A stretch of DNA of 64,000 bases, from assembly GCA_035540475.1 (NCBI GenBank), contig DATLGK010000001.1, forward strand, positions 3,989 through 67,988. The letters are read 5' to 3'. Both the position numbers and the translations under genes were made by a program. Source of the DNA: Sphingomicrobium sp. (GTDB lineage: Bacteria; Pseudomonadota; Alphaproteobacteria; Sphingomonadales; Sphingomonadaceae). Shown here piece by piece: positions 10,061 to 20,975 of this stretch (position 1 is the first letter of the stretch; each line of letters starts with the position of its first letter). Under the pieces are notes generated by a model, which was not told where the DNA came from, searched no databases, and saw only the letters and a program-made list of their open reading frames with translations.

Positions 10061-11629
10061 TTACTCCGCGGCTTGCAACGGGCCTGGGTCGCGCCAGCTC
10101 AACACCGGTTTCCGCGCCGCCAGCGTTTCGTCGAGCCTCCGCCGGGGCGCATGGACGGGAGCCGATTTGAGCGACTGGTCGCCGTCTCTCGCCCGCTGCG
10201 CAATGGCGCGAATCGCGGCGATGAACTGGTCGAGGCTCGCCTTGGATTCGGTCTCGGTCGGCTCGATGAGCATCGCGCCATGGACGACCAGCGGAAAATA
10301 CATGGTCATCGGATGAAAGCCCTCGTCGATCAGCGCCTTGGCGAGGTCGATCGTACTTACCCCCCCTTGGAATCCACGATCGGAAAAGATCGCTTCGTGC
10401 ATGCACGGCCCGCTGCCGGCGAATGGCGCGTCCAGCAGGTCGGCGAGGCTGCGCAGAATGTAATTGGCGTTGAGCACGCTGTCCTCGGCAACCTGCTTGA
10501 GCCCGTCGGCACCGTGGCTGAGGATGTACGCGAGGGCGCGAGTGAACATTCCCATCTGGCCATGGAAAGCGGTCATGCGTCCGAAGGTTTCCGGGTGCAT
10601 TTCCGCCGCGCTTTCCTCCTCGACCAGCTTGAAGCTGCCGTCGGGCATCTTGGCAGCAAACGGCAGCGGGCCGTAGGGGGCCAGCGCCTCCGAGACGACC
10701 ACGGGGCCGGACCCCGGGCCGCCCCCGCCGTGGGGCGTCGAGAAAGTCTTGTGCAGGTTGATGTGCATCGCGTCGATGCCAAGGTCGCCGGGACGCACCT
10801 TGCCGACGATCGCGTTGAAATTTGCACCGTCGCAATAGACGAACGCGCCGGCGGCATGAACCGCCTCGCTAATCGCGATCATCTCCGGTTCGAACAGGCC
10901 GCAGGTGTTGGGGTTGGTGATCATCACCGCGGCGACGTCGGGCCTGAGACGCGACTTCAAGGCGTCAAGGTCGACGCGCCCGGCCGCGTTGGCGGGAATG
11001 CTTTCGACGCGGTACCCGGCGAAAGCCGCCGTCGCCGGGTTGGTGCCGTGCGCGCTTTCCGGCACCAGCACGACTTCGCGCTTGTCGCCGCGCGCCTCGA
11101 GCGCCGAGCGGATGCACAAAAGCCCGCACAGCTCGCCATGCGCCCCGGCCTTCGGGCTCATCGCCACGCCGTGCATCCCAGTCAGGTCGAGCAGCCAGAA
11201 AGCGAGCTCATTGATCACCTGCAGCGCGCCCTGCACCGTTTCCTGCGGCTGCAGCGGATGGACATCAGCGAACCCGGGCAGCCGCGCGACCTTCTCATTG
11301 AGCCGCGGGTTGTGCTTCATCGTGCACGACCCAAGCGGAAACAGGCCAAGGTCGATCGCGTAATTCTGCCGTGACAGGCGGGTGTAATGACGAACCATCT
11401 CCGGCTCGCTCAGGCCGGGAAGGCCGATCGCGCTAGTGCGATCCAGGCCCGCGAGACGCGCTGAACCGCTCGGTAGTTTCGTGAAATCGACGCCGGTCTG
11501 CTCGGTCGAGCCGCTCTCGAAGATCAGCGGCTCCTCGAGCATCAGCGCTCGGTTGCCGGTGACAGTGGTCGGCTCATCGGCCGCGCTCGCCGGCGTCGTT
11601 GGCCGCCACCCGGAGGGATTTACCGTCAC
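10061..11629 (-). CDS. gcvPB: Glycine dehydrogenase (decarboxylating) subunit 2
   Basis: [14 protein letters not shown]-lysine [26 protein letters not shown] 11629 overlaps the gcvPA stop. Confidence 0.97.
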   Translation of the reverse strand: MTVNPSGWRPTTPASAADEPTTVTGNRALMLEEPLIFESGSTEQTGVDFTKLPSGSARLAGLDRTSAIGLPGLSEPEMVRHYTRLSRQNYAIDLGLFPLGSCTMKHNPRLNEKVARLPGFADVHPLQPQETVQGALQVINELAFWLLDLTGMHGVAMSPKAGAHGELCGLLCIRSALEARGDKREVVLVPESAHGTNPATAAFAGYRVESIPANAAGRVDLDALKSRLRPDVAAVMITNPNTCGLFEPEMIAISEAVHAAGAFVYCDGANFNAIVGKVRPGDLGIDAMHINLHKTFSTPHGGGGPGSGPVVVSEALAPYGPLPFAAKMPDGSFKLVEEESAAEMHPETFGRMTAFHGQMGMFTRALAYILSHGADGLKQVAEDSVLNANYILRSLADLLDAPFAGSGPCMHEAIFSDRGFQGGVSTIDLAKALIDEGFHPMTMYFPLVVHGAMLIEPTETESKASLDQFIAAIRAIAQRARDGDQSLKSAPVHAPRRRLDETLAARKPVLSWRDPGPLQAAE

Positions 11630-12984
11630 GCGCAAACCTCCCGCACCGCCGCCTCGAGCGCCGCAACATCCTCATCGGTAACAGTTTCAGTCACGGCGAC
11701 CACGAGCCCGTTCTGCAGCGCCTCGACCCCCGGATAGAGCCGCCCCAGCGAAACCCCGCCCAGCACGCCGCGCTCGACCATCGCGTGCACCGCAGGCCTC
11801 GCCTCGACCGGAAGCCGGACCGTGAATTCATTAAAGAAGCTGTCGTTGACAACGCTGACGCCCGGGACGGCGGCGAGCCGATCGGCGGCCTTGCACGCGC
11901 GCGCGTGATTCAGCGACGCAAGCTGGCGCAGCCCCTTCTCTCCGAGCAAGGTCAGATGCGCAGTGAAGGCGAGCGCGCACAGCACCGAGCTCGTGCAGAT
12001 GTTCGACGTCGCTTTCTCTCGGCGGATGTGCTGCTCGCGGGTCGAGAGCGTCAGGACGAACCCGCGCTTGCCCTCCGCGTCCACGGTCTCTCCTGCCAGC
12101 CTGCCCGGCATCTGCCGGACGTGCTTTTCACGGCAGGCGAACAGACCGACATAAGGGCCGCCGAATTGGAGGCCGACGCCGATCGACTGACCCTCGCCGA
12201 CGACGATGTCGGCGCCCATCTCGCCCGGCGACTTGATCAGCCCGAGCGCGACCGGCTCGGTGACCACGGCAATAAGCAGCGCGCCGTTCGCGTGGGCGGC
12301 CTCGGCAATCGGCGCGAGGTCAGTGATACGGCCAAGAATGTCGGGATATTGCACCACGACCGCGCTTGCTTCTTCGTCGATGGCGCCGATCAAGCGGTCG
12401 GCATCGGTTTCGGCGCCGAGTTCCGGAAGCGCGGTCTGCAACCGGTCCTCGGTGAACCTCGCCATGGTCTCGGCGACGCGAACGTAATGCGGGTGCACAC
12501 CCGACGATATGATCGTCCGATTGCGCCGCGTGATGCGGTGCGCCATCGAAATCGCTTCCCACATTGCGGTCGAGCCGTCGTACATCGACGCGTTCGCCAC
12601 CTCGCAGCCGTAGAGCCGAGCGACCTGAGTCTGGAACTCGAACATCATCTGCAGGGTGCCCTGCGCGATTTCGGGCTGGTAGGGCGTGTAGCTGGTCAGG
12701 AACTCGCCGCGCTGGATGATGTGGTCGACGCTCGCCGGGATGTGATGCCGGTACGCGCCGCAGCCGAGGAAGAAGGGCACCTCGCCGGCCACCATGTTCT
12801 TGCGCGACAGCGCCGTCATGTGCCGCTCGACGGCGAGCTCCGACTGGTGCAGCGGCAGGCCTTCGATTGGGCCCTTGAGACGGAGCTCCTCGGGAACATC
12901 CCGGAAGAGATCGTCGATCGAGGCGGCGCCGATCACCCGCAGCATCTCGCTGCGATCGGCATCGCTGAGCGGAAGGTAACGCAT
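11626..12984 (-). CDS. gcvPA: Glycine dehydrogenase (decarboxylating) subunit 1
   Basis: MRYLPL start, [34 protein letters not shown]. Confidence 0.97.
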   Translation of the reverse strand: MRYLPLSDADRSEMLRVIGAASIDDLFRDVPEELRLKGPIEGLPLHQSELAVERHMTALSRKNMVAGEVPFFLGCGAYRHHIPASVDHIIQRGEFLTSYTPYQPEIAQGTLQMMFEFQTQVARLYGCEVANASMYDGSTAMWEAISMAHRITRRNRTIISSGVHPHYVRVAETMARFTEDRLQTALPELGAETDADRLIGAIDEEASAVVVQYPDILGRITDLAPIAEAAHANGALLIAVVTEPVALGLIKSPGEMGADIVVGEGQSIGVGLQFGGPYVGLFACREKHVRQMPGRLAGETVDAEGKRGFVLTLSTREQHIRREKATSNICTSSVLCALAFTAHLTLLGEKGLRQLASLNHARACKAADRLAAVPGVSVVNDSFFNEFTVRLPVEARPAVHAMVERGVLGGVSLGRLYPGVEALQNGLVVAVTETVTDEDVAALEAAVREVCA

Positions 12985-13733
12985 CAATTCGGCTTCCTCA
13001 TGATGAAGCGAAGGCGGACGTAGTCGGCGATGTTGGAGCCGACCCGGTCGGCCACGGCCTCGGCAATCTCGACGCGCTCCTCCTCCGGCACGCCGGCGCG
13101 GTCGAGCCAACCCTTGCGAAAGGTGGTCACCCAGGCGGCGACACCATGTTCGAGCGTCGTCGGCCGCTCGATCAGCCGAGCATCCACGTCGCGGAAGCCG
13201 GCGGTTTCGTAGACGGCAGCGAATTCGTCCGGGGAGGGATACCAGTTGGCAGCATAAGTGGGAGGGCCGAAGCCGCGCGCAACGAGGACGTCGTCGAGCG
13301 CCTCGCGGAGGCGTGCGAGGTTGGCCTCGCCGCCCATCTCTCCGGCGAATCGCCCACCGTTCTTCAAGGCGAACCAGATCGCCCGCGCCGCCCGCTCCTT
13401 GTCCAGGACCCAATGCAGCGTGGCGTTGGAAAAGGCCGCGTCGAAAGCTTCGCCGAACTTGAGGTCGGCCGCGTCCATCAGCCGCGCGTCGAGCCCGCGC
13501 GCCTTAGCAGCGGCGACCATGCTGAGGTTGTTGTCGATCCCGACGACTTCGGCGCCACGCTCCTTGATCTTGAGGGTCAGCGCGCCGTCGCCGCAGCCAA
13601 CATCGAGGATATGCTCGCCGGGCTGAGGGTCGAGCAGGTCAAGCGCAGCCTCGCCAAGCGCGGGCACGAAGGCGCCGACGCGGGCATAATCCCCCGCGTC
13701 CCAGTCGCTGGTCGATGCTGCCGGCTCGATCAA
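12984..13733 (-). CDS. Class I SAM-dependent methyltransferase (Tam/UbiE-like) inserted in the gcv operon
   Basis: [34 protein letters not shown] overlap with gcvH and TGATG overlap with gcvPA. Confidence 0.85.
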   Translation of the reverse strand: MIEPAASTSDWDAGDYARVGAFVPALGEAALDLLDPQPGEHILDVGCGDGALTLKIKERGAEVVGIDNNLSMVAAAKARGLDARLMDAADLKFGEAFDAAFSNATLHWVLDKERAARAIWFALKNGGRFAGEMGGEANLARLREALDDVLVARGFGPPTYAANWYPSPDEFAAVYETAGFRDVDARLIERPTTLEHGVAAWVTTFRKGWLDRAGVPEEERVEIAEAVADRVGSNIADYVRLRFIMRKPN

Positions 13734-14101
13734 AGAGTCTTCACCCACTCGCGATAGGCGGCCTCGTCCAGCAGCCCGTCGAGCTCCGACGCGTCGGAGA
13801 GCTTGAGCTTGAAGAACCAGCCGTCACCTTCGGGGTCGCTGTTCACAAGCGCGGGCTCGTCGGCGATCGCCTGATTGCCTTCAATCACCTCGCCCGAGAC
13901 GGGTGCGTAGACGTCGGATGCCGCCTTCACGGATTCGACGAGCGCAGCTTCCTGACCCTTGCTCACCTGGCGCCCAGCTTCGGGGACCTCGACGAAGACG
14001 ATGTCGCCGAGCGCTTCCTGCGCGTGGTTCGAGATGCCGACGGTCGCGGTGTCGCCGTTGACCCGGATCCATTCGTGTTCCTTGGTGAAATACAAACTCA
14101 T
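13730..14101 (-). CDS. gcvH: Glycine cleavage system H protein
   Basis: HEW, lipoyl-lysine [18 protein letters not shown]. Confidence 0.97.
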   Translation of the reverse strand: MSLYFTKEHEWIRVNGDTATVGISNHAQEALGDIVFVEVPEAGRQVSKGQEAALVESVKAASDVYAPVSGEVIEGNQAIADEPALVNSDPEGDGWFFKLKLSDASELDGLLDEAAYREWVKTL

Positions 14102-15303
14102 CAGGCGGCTCCCTTGCGGTGGTAGCGGTGCGGGACGAACGGCATCGGCGCCACGCGCGCGTCGAACAGCTTGCCGCGCTGCTCGAGCTTGAGCGCGGTC
14201 CCAGCTTCAGCCAGCGGCGTCGCGACATAGCCCATAGCGATCGGCCGCTGCAGCGAGGGCGAGAAGCCGCCGCTGGTGATCCGGCCGACCTCATTGCCTT
14301 CGCCGTCCAGCACCAGCGCGCCCTCGCGCACCGGCTGGCGCCCGTCGACGTCGAAACCGACGCGCTTTTGCGCCGGCCCGTTCTCGAGCTCGGCGAGAAT
14401 GCGCATGGCACCGGCGAAGCCGCCCTCGGCGCGACGGCGTTTGTTGATGGCGAAAGTCAGCCCGGCCATAACTGGGGTCGTCGAGTGATCCAGGTCGTGG
14501 CCGTAGAGCGGCAAACCGGCCTCGAGGCGCAGCGAATCGCGAGCGCCAAGGCCGATGGGCCTGGCCCGATCATCGGCGATGATCGCATCGGCAAGGCCGG
14601 CCGCGGCACTAGCGGGCACCGAAATCTCGAACCCGTCTTCGCCGGTGTAGCCCGAACGGCTGATCCACAGATTGTGTCCGGCCCAGCGGAACGGACCCGC
14701 CTGCATGAAGCCGAGCTCGGCGACGTCGGGGACGATGGCTTCGAGCACATCGACGGCGCGCGGACCCTGCAGCGCCAGCAGCGCCTGCTCCTTCATGTGA
14801 TCGATGACCACGCCGGCGGGCATTCGGCGTTCCATGTCGGCGATGTCGCCATATTTGGTCGCGCCATTGACGACGACATAGAAATCGTCGCCCCGCCGGG
14901 TTGCCATCAGGTCGTCGATGATGCCGCCTTCGTCGTCGAGCAGGAGCGAATATTTGGGCTTCATGTCGACGGCCGCCTGGAAGTCGCCCGGCATCAGCTT
15001 CTCAAGCGCCTCGGCGACACCCTGGCCGTGGATCAGCAGCTGGCCCATGTGGCTGACGTCGAACAGGCCGGCATTCTCACGGGACCACAAATGCTCGGCG
15101 ATGATCCCTTCATACTGAACGGGCATTTCATAGCCGGCGAACGGCACCATGCGGGCGCCGTGCGCTCGGTGCCACGAATCGAGCGGGAGCTTTCCAAGCG
15201 GTGGCGTCTCGGCCGCACCTTCACCGCCAAGAGGGTCGCCGCGCATTGGCTCGCCCCGCGCCTGCGTCGTGTCGGTCGGACCTGAATGGACTTCTCGGCT
15301 CAT
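14101..15303 (-). CDS. gcvT: Glycine cleavage system aminomethyltransferase T
   Basis: [43 protein letters not shown] 15303 has a GGAG RBS; 15246 is an alternative start. Confidence 0.95.
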   Translation of the reverse strand: MSREVHSGPTDTTQARGEPMRGDPLGGEGAAETPPLGKLPLDSWHRAHGARMVPFAGYEMPVQYEGIIAEHLWSRENAGLFDVSHMGQLLIHGQGVAEALEKLMPGDFQAAVDMKPKYSLLLDDEGGIIDDLMATRRGDDFYVVVNGATKYGDIADMERRMPAGVVIDHMKEQALLALQGPRAVDVLEAIVPDVAELGFMQAGPFRWAGHNLWISRSGYTGEDGFEISVPASAAAGLADAIIADDRARPIGLGARDSLRLEAGLPLYGHDLDHSTTPVMAGLTFAINKRRRAEGGFAGAMRILAELENGPAQKRVGFDVDGRQPVREGALVLDGEGNEVGRITSGGFSPSLQRPIAMGYVATPLAEAGTALKLEQRGKLFDARVAPMPFVPHRYHRKGAA

Positions 15304-15359
15304 GCGCGCTCCCAGACACCAAGCGGCAGCCTCCGCCACAGCGGCTTTTCGACTGCCGC

Positions 15360-15550
15360 CCCCGTCTGTCTTGAGCGCCTGAGAGCTTTGCCCCTTCGGC
15401 GGCCCTCCCGCGCGAACGCGCCGGAGAACGCTTTCCAGACTGTCATGGCGCGCGCGGTCCCTTGTGCCTGAGAGATTCCGGGGGCGGTTGCTCCTTCGGC
15501 GCCGCAAGCGCCTGAAGACGCTGGCGAACTCTCCCGCGTGGCCATCCCGG
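15360..15550 (-). ncRNA. Tandem glycine riboswitch
   Basis: Two aptamers on the minus strand directly upstream of gcvT: GGGAGAG...CGCCGAAGGAGCAA...CTCTCAGG and CTGGAAAG...CGCCGAAGGGGCAAA-GCTCTCAGG. Leader GGATGGC and linker GCCATGA can form the kink-turn. Confidence 0.95.
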
Positions 15551-15576
15551 AAACCGAGGCTCCCGGTGACGAGCGA

Positions 15577-15605
15577 GCCTTGGCCGCGCGGTCGGACGAA
15601 GTCAA
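15577..15605 (-). promoter_or_regulatory. Putative sigma70 promoter of the gcv operon
   Basis: TTGACT-N17-CAAGGC just upstream of the riboswitch. Confidence 0.4.
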
Positions 15606-15624
15606 CGCAGTCGAGCGTGAAAGA

Positions 15625-16275
15625 CTAACGGGTCGCGTTGTAGCGCAGCTGGTCCTGGGTCAGCTCGAAACCGACGAGCTGCTCGAAGGTCGCGTTGGCG
15701 ACTGCCGCCCGCACGCCCGGATCGGCGAGCGGGTCGACCGCTGCCTCGACCTCACCCGACTTACGCGGACGGGTCAGGATTTCCCGGACATTGGCAGGAA
15801 GGGTCGAGGCGGCACGATTGACCCGTACCGTCGCCTGGACCCGAGTCCAGGAATGGATGTCCCCCGGGGCGAAGTTCAGTACCGCCCGTCCCACCTGCTT
15901 GGCGACGACATTGGTCCCGCCGCGCAGAGCAACGTTGAAGTAAGGAAGGACCACCTGGCGCGCCGGTCCGGGATCGCGCCGAAGCCCGACGATCGTGAAG
16001 GTGACTGTCGAAACGACGTCATTGCCGACATCCTGGCAGACGGCGCGCACGTCGGTGATCGCGGCCGTTACGTCGATCGCCCGCGAATCCGTGCTTTGCG
16101 GCGGGTTGAATAGGGTGATGTCGCCCGTCCCAGCCGGGACCGCGGCGATCGGGCAGGCGCTGCGCACTGCATAGACGCCGCTGTCATCGGCGATCTCGCC
16201 TGCGTGGCGGCATGCGCCGAGCAGCGCGAAAGCAATCAGGGCGGAGCTAATCGACGCGGCAGAGCGAAGCTTCAC
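15625..16275 (-). CDS. Conserved hypothetical lipoprotein
   Basis: Lipobox LGAC, further paired Cys, high-GC codon usage. Confidence 0.75.
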   Translation of the reverse strand: MKLRSAASISSALIAFALLGACRHAGEIADDSGVYAVRSACPIAAVPAGTGDITLFNPPQSTDSRAIDVTAAITDVRAVCQDVGNDVVSTVTFTIVGLRRDPGPARQVVLPYFNVALRGGTNVVAKQVGRAVLNFAPGDIHSWTRVQATVRVNRAASTLPANVREILTRPRKSGEVEAAVDPLADPGVRAAVANATFEQLVGFELTQDQLRYNATR

Positions 16276-16368
16276 TTGAGAGGTTCCTTACGAGGAGCGG
16301 AAAGTCTTGGCCGCGTTCATAGGAAGGGCCTTCTAAGGCTGCAAGCGATGGCTTACATGGCCGCCAGC

Positions 16369-17313
16369 ATGACAGGCCGCCCTGCCCTTCGCGCCTTGAT
16401 CGCCGCTCCGCGTGGTTTCTGCGCAGGCGTCGACCGCGCGATCCAGATCGTCGAGCTCGCGCTCGAGCGGTTCGGCGCGCCGGTCTATGTGCGCCACGAA
16501 ATCGTCCACAACCGCTTCGTGGTCGATCGTTTGCGCTCGCTCGGTGCAATATTTGTCGATGAACTCGACGAGGTGCCGGACGATCGCCCCGTGGTCTTTT
16601 CCGCGCACGGAGTGCCCAAGGCCGTTCCGGCGCGGGCGCAGGAACGCGGCCTCACCTACGTCGACGCGACCTGCCCCCTGGTCTCCAAGGTTCATCGCCA
16701 GGCAGAGCGGTTGATCGAGGAAGGACGGCACATCCTGTTCATCGGCCATGCCGGCCATCCCGAGGTGATCGGGACCTTCGGCCAGGTGCCGCAAGGATCG
16801 ATCACCCTCATTGAGACGATCGGGGATGTCGACCGTCTCCGGGTCCCGGACGCCGAAAACCTTGCCTTTTTGACCCAGACCACCCTGTCCGTCGACGACA
16901 CGGCGGCGATCGTCGAAGCCCTGAAGCAGCGCTTTCCCACGATCCGCGCGCCGCGCAGCGAGGACATTTGCTATGCGACGTCGAACCGGCAGGCGGCGGT
17001 GAAGGCCATCGCGGCCGAATGCGACCGGATGCTGGTGATTGGCGCGCCCAACAGCAGCAATTCCCTGCGCCTCGCCGAAGTCGCCGAGCGCATGGGCGTA
17101 CCGTCGCGGCTGATCGAGCGCGCAACGGAGATCGACTGGGACTGGCTGGGCCAGCCGCGCTCGGTGGGGATCACGGCCGGCGCGTCGGCACCCGAGGTTC
17201 TCGTCCGCGAAGTTGTCGACGCGCTGCGCTCGCGTTTCGACGTCACCGAAGAAGAAGCTGATCACAGCCCAGAGCGGATGACGTTCAAGCTGCCTCGTGA
17301 GCTCGTCGCCTGA
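16369..17313 (+). CDS. ispH: 4-hydroxy-3-methylbut-2-enyl diphosphate reductase
   Basis: [43 protein letters not shown]. Confidence 0.97.
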   Translation: MTGRPALRALIAAPRGFCAGVDRAIQIVELALERFGAPVYVRHEIVHNRFVVDRLRSLGAIFVDELDEVPDDRPVVFSAHGVPKAVPARAQERGLTYVDATCPLVSKVHRQAERLIEEGRHILFIGHAGHPEVIGTFGQVPQGSITLIETIGDVDRLRVPDAENLAFLTQTTLSVDDTAAIVEALKQRFPTIRAPRSEDICYATSNRQAAVKAIAAECDRMLVIGAPNSSNSLRLAEVAERMGVPSRLIERATEIDWDWLGQPRSVGITAGASAPEVLVREVVDALRSRFDVTEEEADHSPERMTFKLPRELVA

Positions 17314-17314
17314 A

Positions 17315-17773
17315 GTGAGCGAACTCCCGCTGGTCGAGATTTTCACCGACGGCGCCTGCCGCGGCAATCCCGGGCCGGGCGGCTGGGGCGTACTGCTGCG
17401 GATGGGCGACAAGGAGCGTGAGCTTTCCGGCGGCGAGGCGCTCACCACCAACAACCGCATGGAGCTGATCGCGGCGATCAAGGCGCTTGAAGCGCTCAAG
17501 CGGCCCTGCCGCGTCGTGCTTCACACAGACAGCATCTATGTGCGGGACGGAATCAGCCGCTGGATCCACAAATGGCGCCAGAACGGCTGGCGAACGTCTG
17601 ACAAGAAGCCCGTCAAGAATGCCGAGCTATGGCAGCAACTGCTTGACGCCGCTGCGCCGCATCGCATCGAATGGCATTGGGTTAAAGGCCATAGCGGTCA
17701 CCCCGAAAACGACCGCGTCGACGCCTTGGCCTGCGCCGCCGCCGACGACCAGCGGCGCCATCACCGGCTCTGA
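17315..17773 (+). CDS. rnhA: Ribonuclease HI
   Basis: [35 protein letters not shown]. Confidence 0.97.
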   Translation: MSELPLVEIFTDGACRGNPGPGGWGVLLRMGDKERELSGGEALTTNNRMELIAAIKALEALKRPCRVVLHTDSIYVRDGISRWIHKWRQNGWRTSDKKPVKNAELWQQLLDAAAPHRIEWHWVKGHSGHPENDRVDALACAAADDQRRHHRL

Positions 17774-17885
17774 AGTTCCGCCGGCGCGCCGCCCGCGCCA
17801 GGGGCGCTCCACCCGCTCGGCCTGGCCGCTTACCGTGACCGGTCCAGAATGTTATATTCGCCCCTGCATTGAGAGGGGGAAATCG

Positions 17886-18272
17886 ATGCCACACGATCTC
17901 CAGATGCTCGCCTACGCCGCGGCATTGGCCATCATCCAGATGCTCATCGCCGTCCTCGCCGCGATCAGTCAGTTCGGCCTTCCCACCCTCGCGGGTAACC
18001 GGGAAAACCTAGGCGCTTATACGGGATTGGCTCTGCGGGCTCAGCGCGCACATCTCAATATGCTCGAGAATCTGGCGATCTTCGCGATCGTGGTAATCGT
18101 CGCGGAGATCACGAACCGCACGAACGAGACCACCGCACTGGGCGCCAGCCTCTTCCTGTGGGGGCGCCTTGCCTACGCGGTCATCTATCTCGCCGGAATT
18201 CCGTGGCTGCGCACGGCCGCCTGGGCGGTTTCGATTGCGGGCATATTGCTGGTGATGAGTCAGCTTTTTTAG
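17886..18272 (+). CDS. MAPEG-family membrane protein
   Basis: RAQRAHLNMLE and GRLAYAVIYLAGIPWLRT; GAGGGGG RBS. Confidence 0.85.
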   Translation: MPHDLQMLAYAAALAIIQMLIAVLAAISQFGLPTLAGNRENLGAYTGLALRAQRAHLNMLENLAIFAIVVIVAEITNRTNETTALGASLFLWGRLAYAVIYLAGIPWLRTAAWAVSIAGILLVMSQLF

Positions 18273-19369
18273 CGCTCGGCGGCGAACCGGGCCGGCGAAA
18301 AGATGTCCGGATCGATGCGGGCAACCATCGCATCAGGCGATTTTGAGAGCAGGACGGCCGCGGCCAGCTTCGCCGCGGCCGGCGAGGTCTGGATGCCGAA
18401 ACCGCCCTGCCCGACACACCAGAAAAAGCCCGGCTCTACCGGATCAAAGCCGTAAACCGGGACGCGGTCCGGTGAGAAAGAGCGAAGCCCAGCCCAACTG
18501 CGCTCGACGCGCTCGACGGGCCAATCGACCACGCCTTCGAACCGATCGATCGCGATCGCGACGTCGATCTCGTCGGGCGCCGCGTCGCATGGGTCGCTGG
18601 CGATTTCGTCATGGGGGCTCAGCCAGACGGAAGAGTCCGTTTCTCCCTTGAAATAAAAGGTGCCCGCCGCATCGTCGACCAGCGGCAAATGCCTGATTCC
18701 GGTTCGGCCGACGCGGAGCTGAACCATTGTCCGGCGTTTCGGCAGAATCCCGAGTGGCGGCACGCCCGCCGCCTCGGCCGCGGAATCGGCCCAGGCGCCC
18801 GCGGCGTTCACCAACAGGCTTGTTGTGACGACGTCCCCTGAGCCGAGCTCGACATGCCAACGACCGCTTCGTCGCGTCGCCCGCTGGAAACGCCGGTCGG
18901 TCATCAGCGTGCCGCCGCGCCGGCGGAACTGGGCAAGGAAAGCGGCGTGAAGCCGGGCGACGTCGATGTCGGCGCAGCCAGGCTCCAACAGGGCCCGAAC
19001 CCATTTTGGCCGGATGCCCGGAATCATTCGCTCCAACTCCGCGCGCCCGACCTCGCGCACCGCAATCGCCGGGGGCAGGTCGGGCAAATCCCCGTCGCTG
19101 AGGTGCAACGCGCCCCGCCTCGAAAGAAACCCCTCCTCGGAGAAATCCACTGGCGGGTGCTCGAGGAAGGGCCCGGAGGCGAGCGTAAGCTTGGAAACGT
19201 CCGGTCCGCCATAGCTTTCGAGGTAAAAGGCCGCCGATCGGCCCGTGGAATGATAGCCGCATTGGCTTTCGGCCTCGATGATCAGAGTGCGACCCTCGGC
19301 CGCGACTTCGGCGCCAAGGCTGGCCCTGGCGATCCCGCCGCCGACGATCAGGACGTCAAAATGACTCAT
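18269..19369 (-). CDS. FAD-dependent oxidoreductase (DadA/DAO-like)
   Basis: IVGGGIA, HSTGRSAA, VNAAGAWAD, WAGLR, GQGGFGIQTSPA. Confidence 0.9.
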   Translation of the reverse strand: MSHFDVLIVGGGIARASLGAEVAAEGRTLIIEAESQCGYHSTGRSAAFYLESYGGPDVSKLTLASGPFLEHPPVDFSEEGFLSRRGALHLSDGDLPDLPPAIAVREVGRAELERMIPGIRPKWVRALLEPGCADIDVARLHAAFLAQFRRRGGTLMTDRRFQRATRRSGRWHVELGSGDVVTTSLLVNAAGAWADSAAEAAGVPPLGILPKRRTMVQLRVGRTGIRHLPLVDDAAGTFYFKGETDSSVWLSPHDEIASDPCDAAPDEIDVAIAIDRFEGVVDWPVERVERSWAGLRSFSPDRVPVYGFDPVEPGFFWCVGQGGFGIQTSPAAAKLAAAVLLSKSPDAMVARIDPDIFSPARFAAER

Positions 19370-19419
19370 TCGGCCCGGCGGTTACGAATTGGAAAGCCCC
19401 GCCGTCTAGGGGTGGTCAT

Positions 19420-19914
19420 ATGTTCAACGGCCTGTTTACCGAACTGCTGCTCGCACTGCTTGCCGCCATCCTCATTGTCGCGGCCGTGATTGATGTGCGC
19501 ACGTTCACCATTTCGAACCGGCTGACCGCCACCGTCGCGCTGCTTGCGCCCGTCTACTGGCTCTCGATTGCGCTGACCCCTTGGCCCGGCATGGCGACCC
19601 ATATCGCCGCAGGCGCGATTGTCTTCGTGCTGCTGGCCCTCGCCTTTTGGGCGGGGATGATGGGCGGCGGCGACGTCAAACTCGCTGCCGCGCTCGCGCT
19701 TTGGTTTTCGCCCGCCGGAACCATGCGCTTCCTCGTTATGATGTCCATCGCCGGGGGCGTGCTCACATTGGGAATCCTCATCTACCATCGCGTCCGTAAG
19801 CGCGAAGGAAGGCCGGAAATCCCTTACGGAGTGGCCATAGCGGCCGGAGGACTGATGGTCCTCGCGCCCCATCTGGCGACTCTCACCCAACGCTTTCTTA
19901 ACCAATTTGTCTGA
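19420..19914 (+). CDS. cpaA: Prepilin peptidase (A24) CpaA/TadV
   Basis: IDVRTFTISN, MGGGDVKL, IPYGVAIA. Confidence 0.9.
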   Translation: MFNGLFTELLLALLAAILIVAAVIDVRTFTISNRLTATVALLAPVYWLSIALTPWPGMATHIAAGAIVFVLLALAFWAGMMGGGDVKLAAALALWFSPAGTMRFLVMMSIAGGVLTLGILIYHRVRKREGRPEIPYGVAIAAGGLMVLAPHLATLTQRFLNQFV

Positions 19915-19960
19915 TGTGTGAGGCTGTTACGGGAGCCCTTACAGGGGAGGCGATCGCGCC

Positions 19961-20974
19961 ATGGATGTGAAGAAGCTCGCTCTGCTCATTGGAGCGCTGG
20001 TTGTCGCGGTGGTCACCGCTGTCATGGCCAGGAACATGTTCGCCGGCGCCGGTGCGCAGCAGGCCGCCGCTGCTCCCGCAGTTCCTGTGGGACCGAAGGT
20101 GCTCGTCGCCAAGAAGGCGCTGCCCGTGGGAACGATCATCGATGCGGACAGCTTCGCCTACCAGCCCTGGCCCCAGGAGCTGATGCAGAGCGTCTATTAT
20201 GTCGAAGGCCAGCCTGACGGGGATCCCAAGAAGCTTTTCGGGACCGTCGTCCGCTATGCAATCACGGCCGGCCAGCCGGTCACTCGCGGCGCGCTTGTCG
20301 GTCCCAAGGACCGCGGCTTTCTAGCGGCCGCCCTCGGTCCGGGTATGCGGGCTATCACCGTGCCTGTGACGGCGTCGAGCGGGGTCGCGGGTTTCGTCTT
20401 CCCGGGCGATCATGTCGACATCGTGCTGACCCAGCAGGTCGAAGGTGGCGGCGACGGGCCCGCGCTGAAGGTTTCCGAGACAATCGTCCGCAATGTGCGG
20501 GTCCTGGCTGCGGACCAGCGCGTCACCGACAAGGACCAGGACGGCAAGATCGAGATCAAGACCGCGTCGAACGTGACACTCGAAGTTACTCCGCGCATCG
20601 CCGAAAAAGTCGCAGTCGCACAGAGCATGGGCAGTCTGTCGCTCTCGCTCCGCTCGATCGCCGACAATAGTTCGGAACTGGAGCGCGCAATTGCCGCAGG
20701 CGAGGTCAAGGTCCCGGCCGGCACCAATCCGGCGCAGGAGCGGCAGATGCTTCTCGCCTTTGCCAACCGGCCGTCGGACAGCAACACCACGTTCACGACC
20801 GGCGGGGACGTGTCGCGCTTCCAGCGGCGCACGGTCCCGGCGAAAACTCCGTCGGCGCCGTCAGCGGGTGCGGCGCCCGCCGCAGGCGCAGGCCAGCCTG
20901 CAGCACCGGTCGGCCCCGTCGTGCGCATCGCGCGCGGCAATGACGTCACCATTGTTCCGGTGGGAGTTCGTTAA
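19961..20974 (+). CDS. cpaB: Flp pilus assembly protein CpaB
   Basis: SAF domain, GMRAITV, GFVFPGDHVD, NVRVLA, LSLSLRS. Confidence 0.93.
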   Translation: MDVKKLALLIGALVVAVVTAVMARNMFAGAGAQQAAAAPAVPVGPKVLVAKKALPVGTIIDADSFAYQPWPQELMQSVYYVEGQPDGDPKKLFGTVVRYAITAGQPVTRGALVGPKDRGFLAAALGPGMRAITVPVTASSGVAGFVFPGDHVDIVLTQQVEGGGDGPALKVSETIVRNVRVLAADQRVTDKDQDGKIEIKTASNVTLEVTPRIAEKVAVAQSMGSLSLSLRSIADNSSELERAIAAGEVKVPAGTNPAQERQMLLAFANRPSDSNTTFTTGGDVSRFQRRTVPAKTPSAPSAGAAPAAGAGQPAAPVGPVVRIARGNDVTIVPVGVR

Positions 20975-20975
20975 G

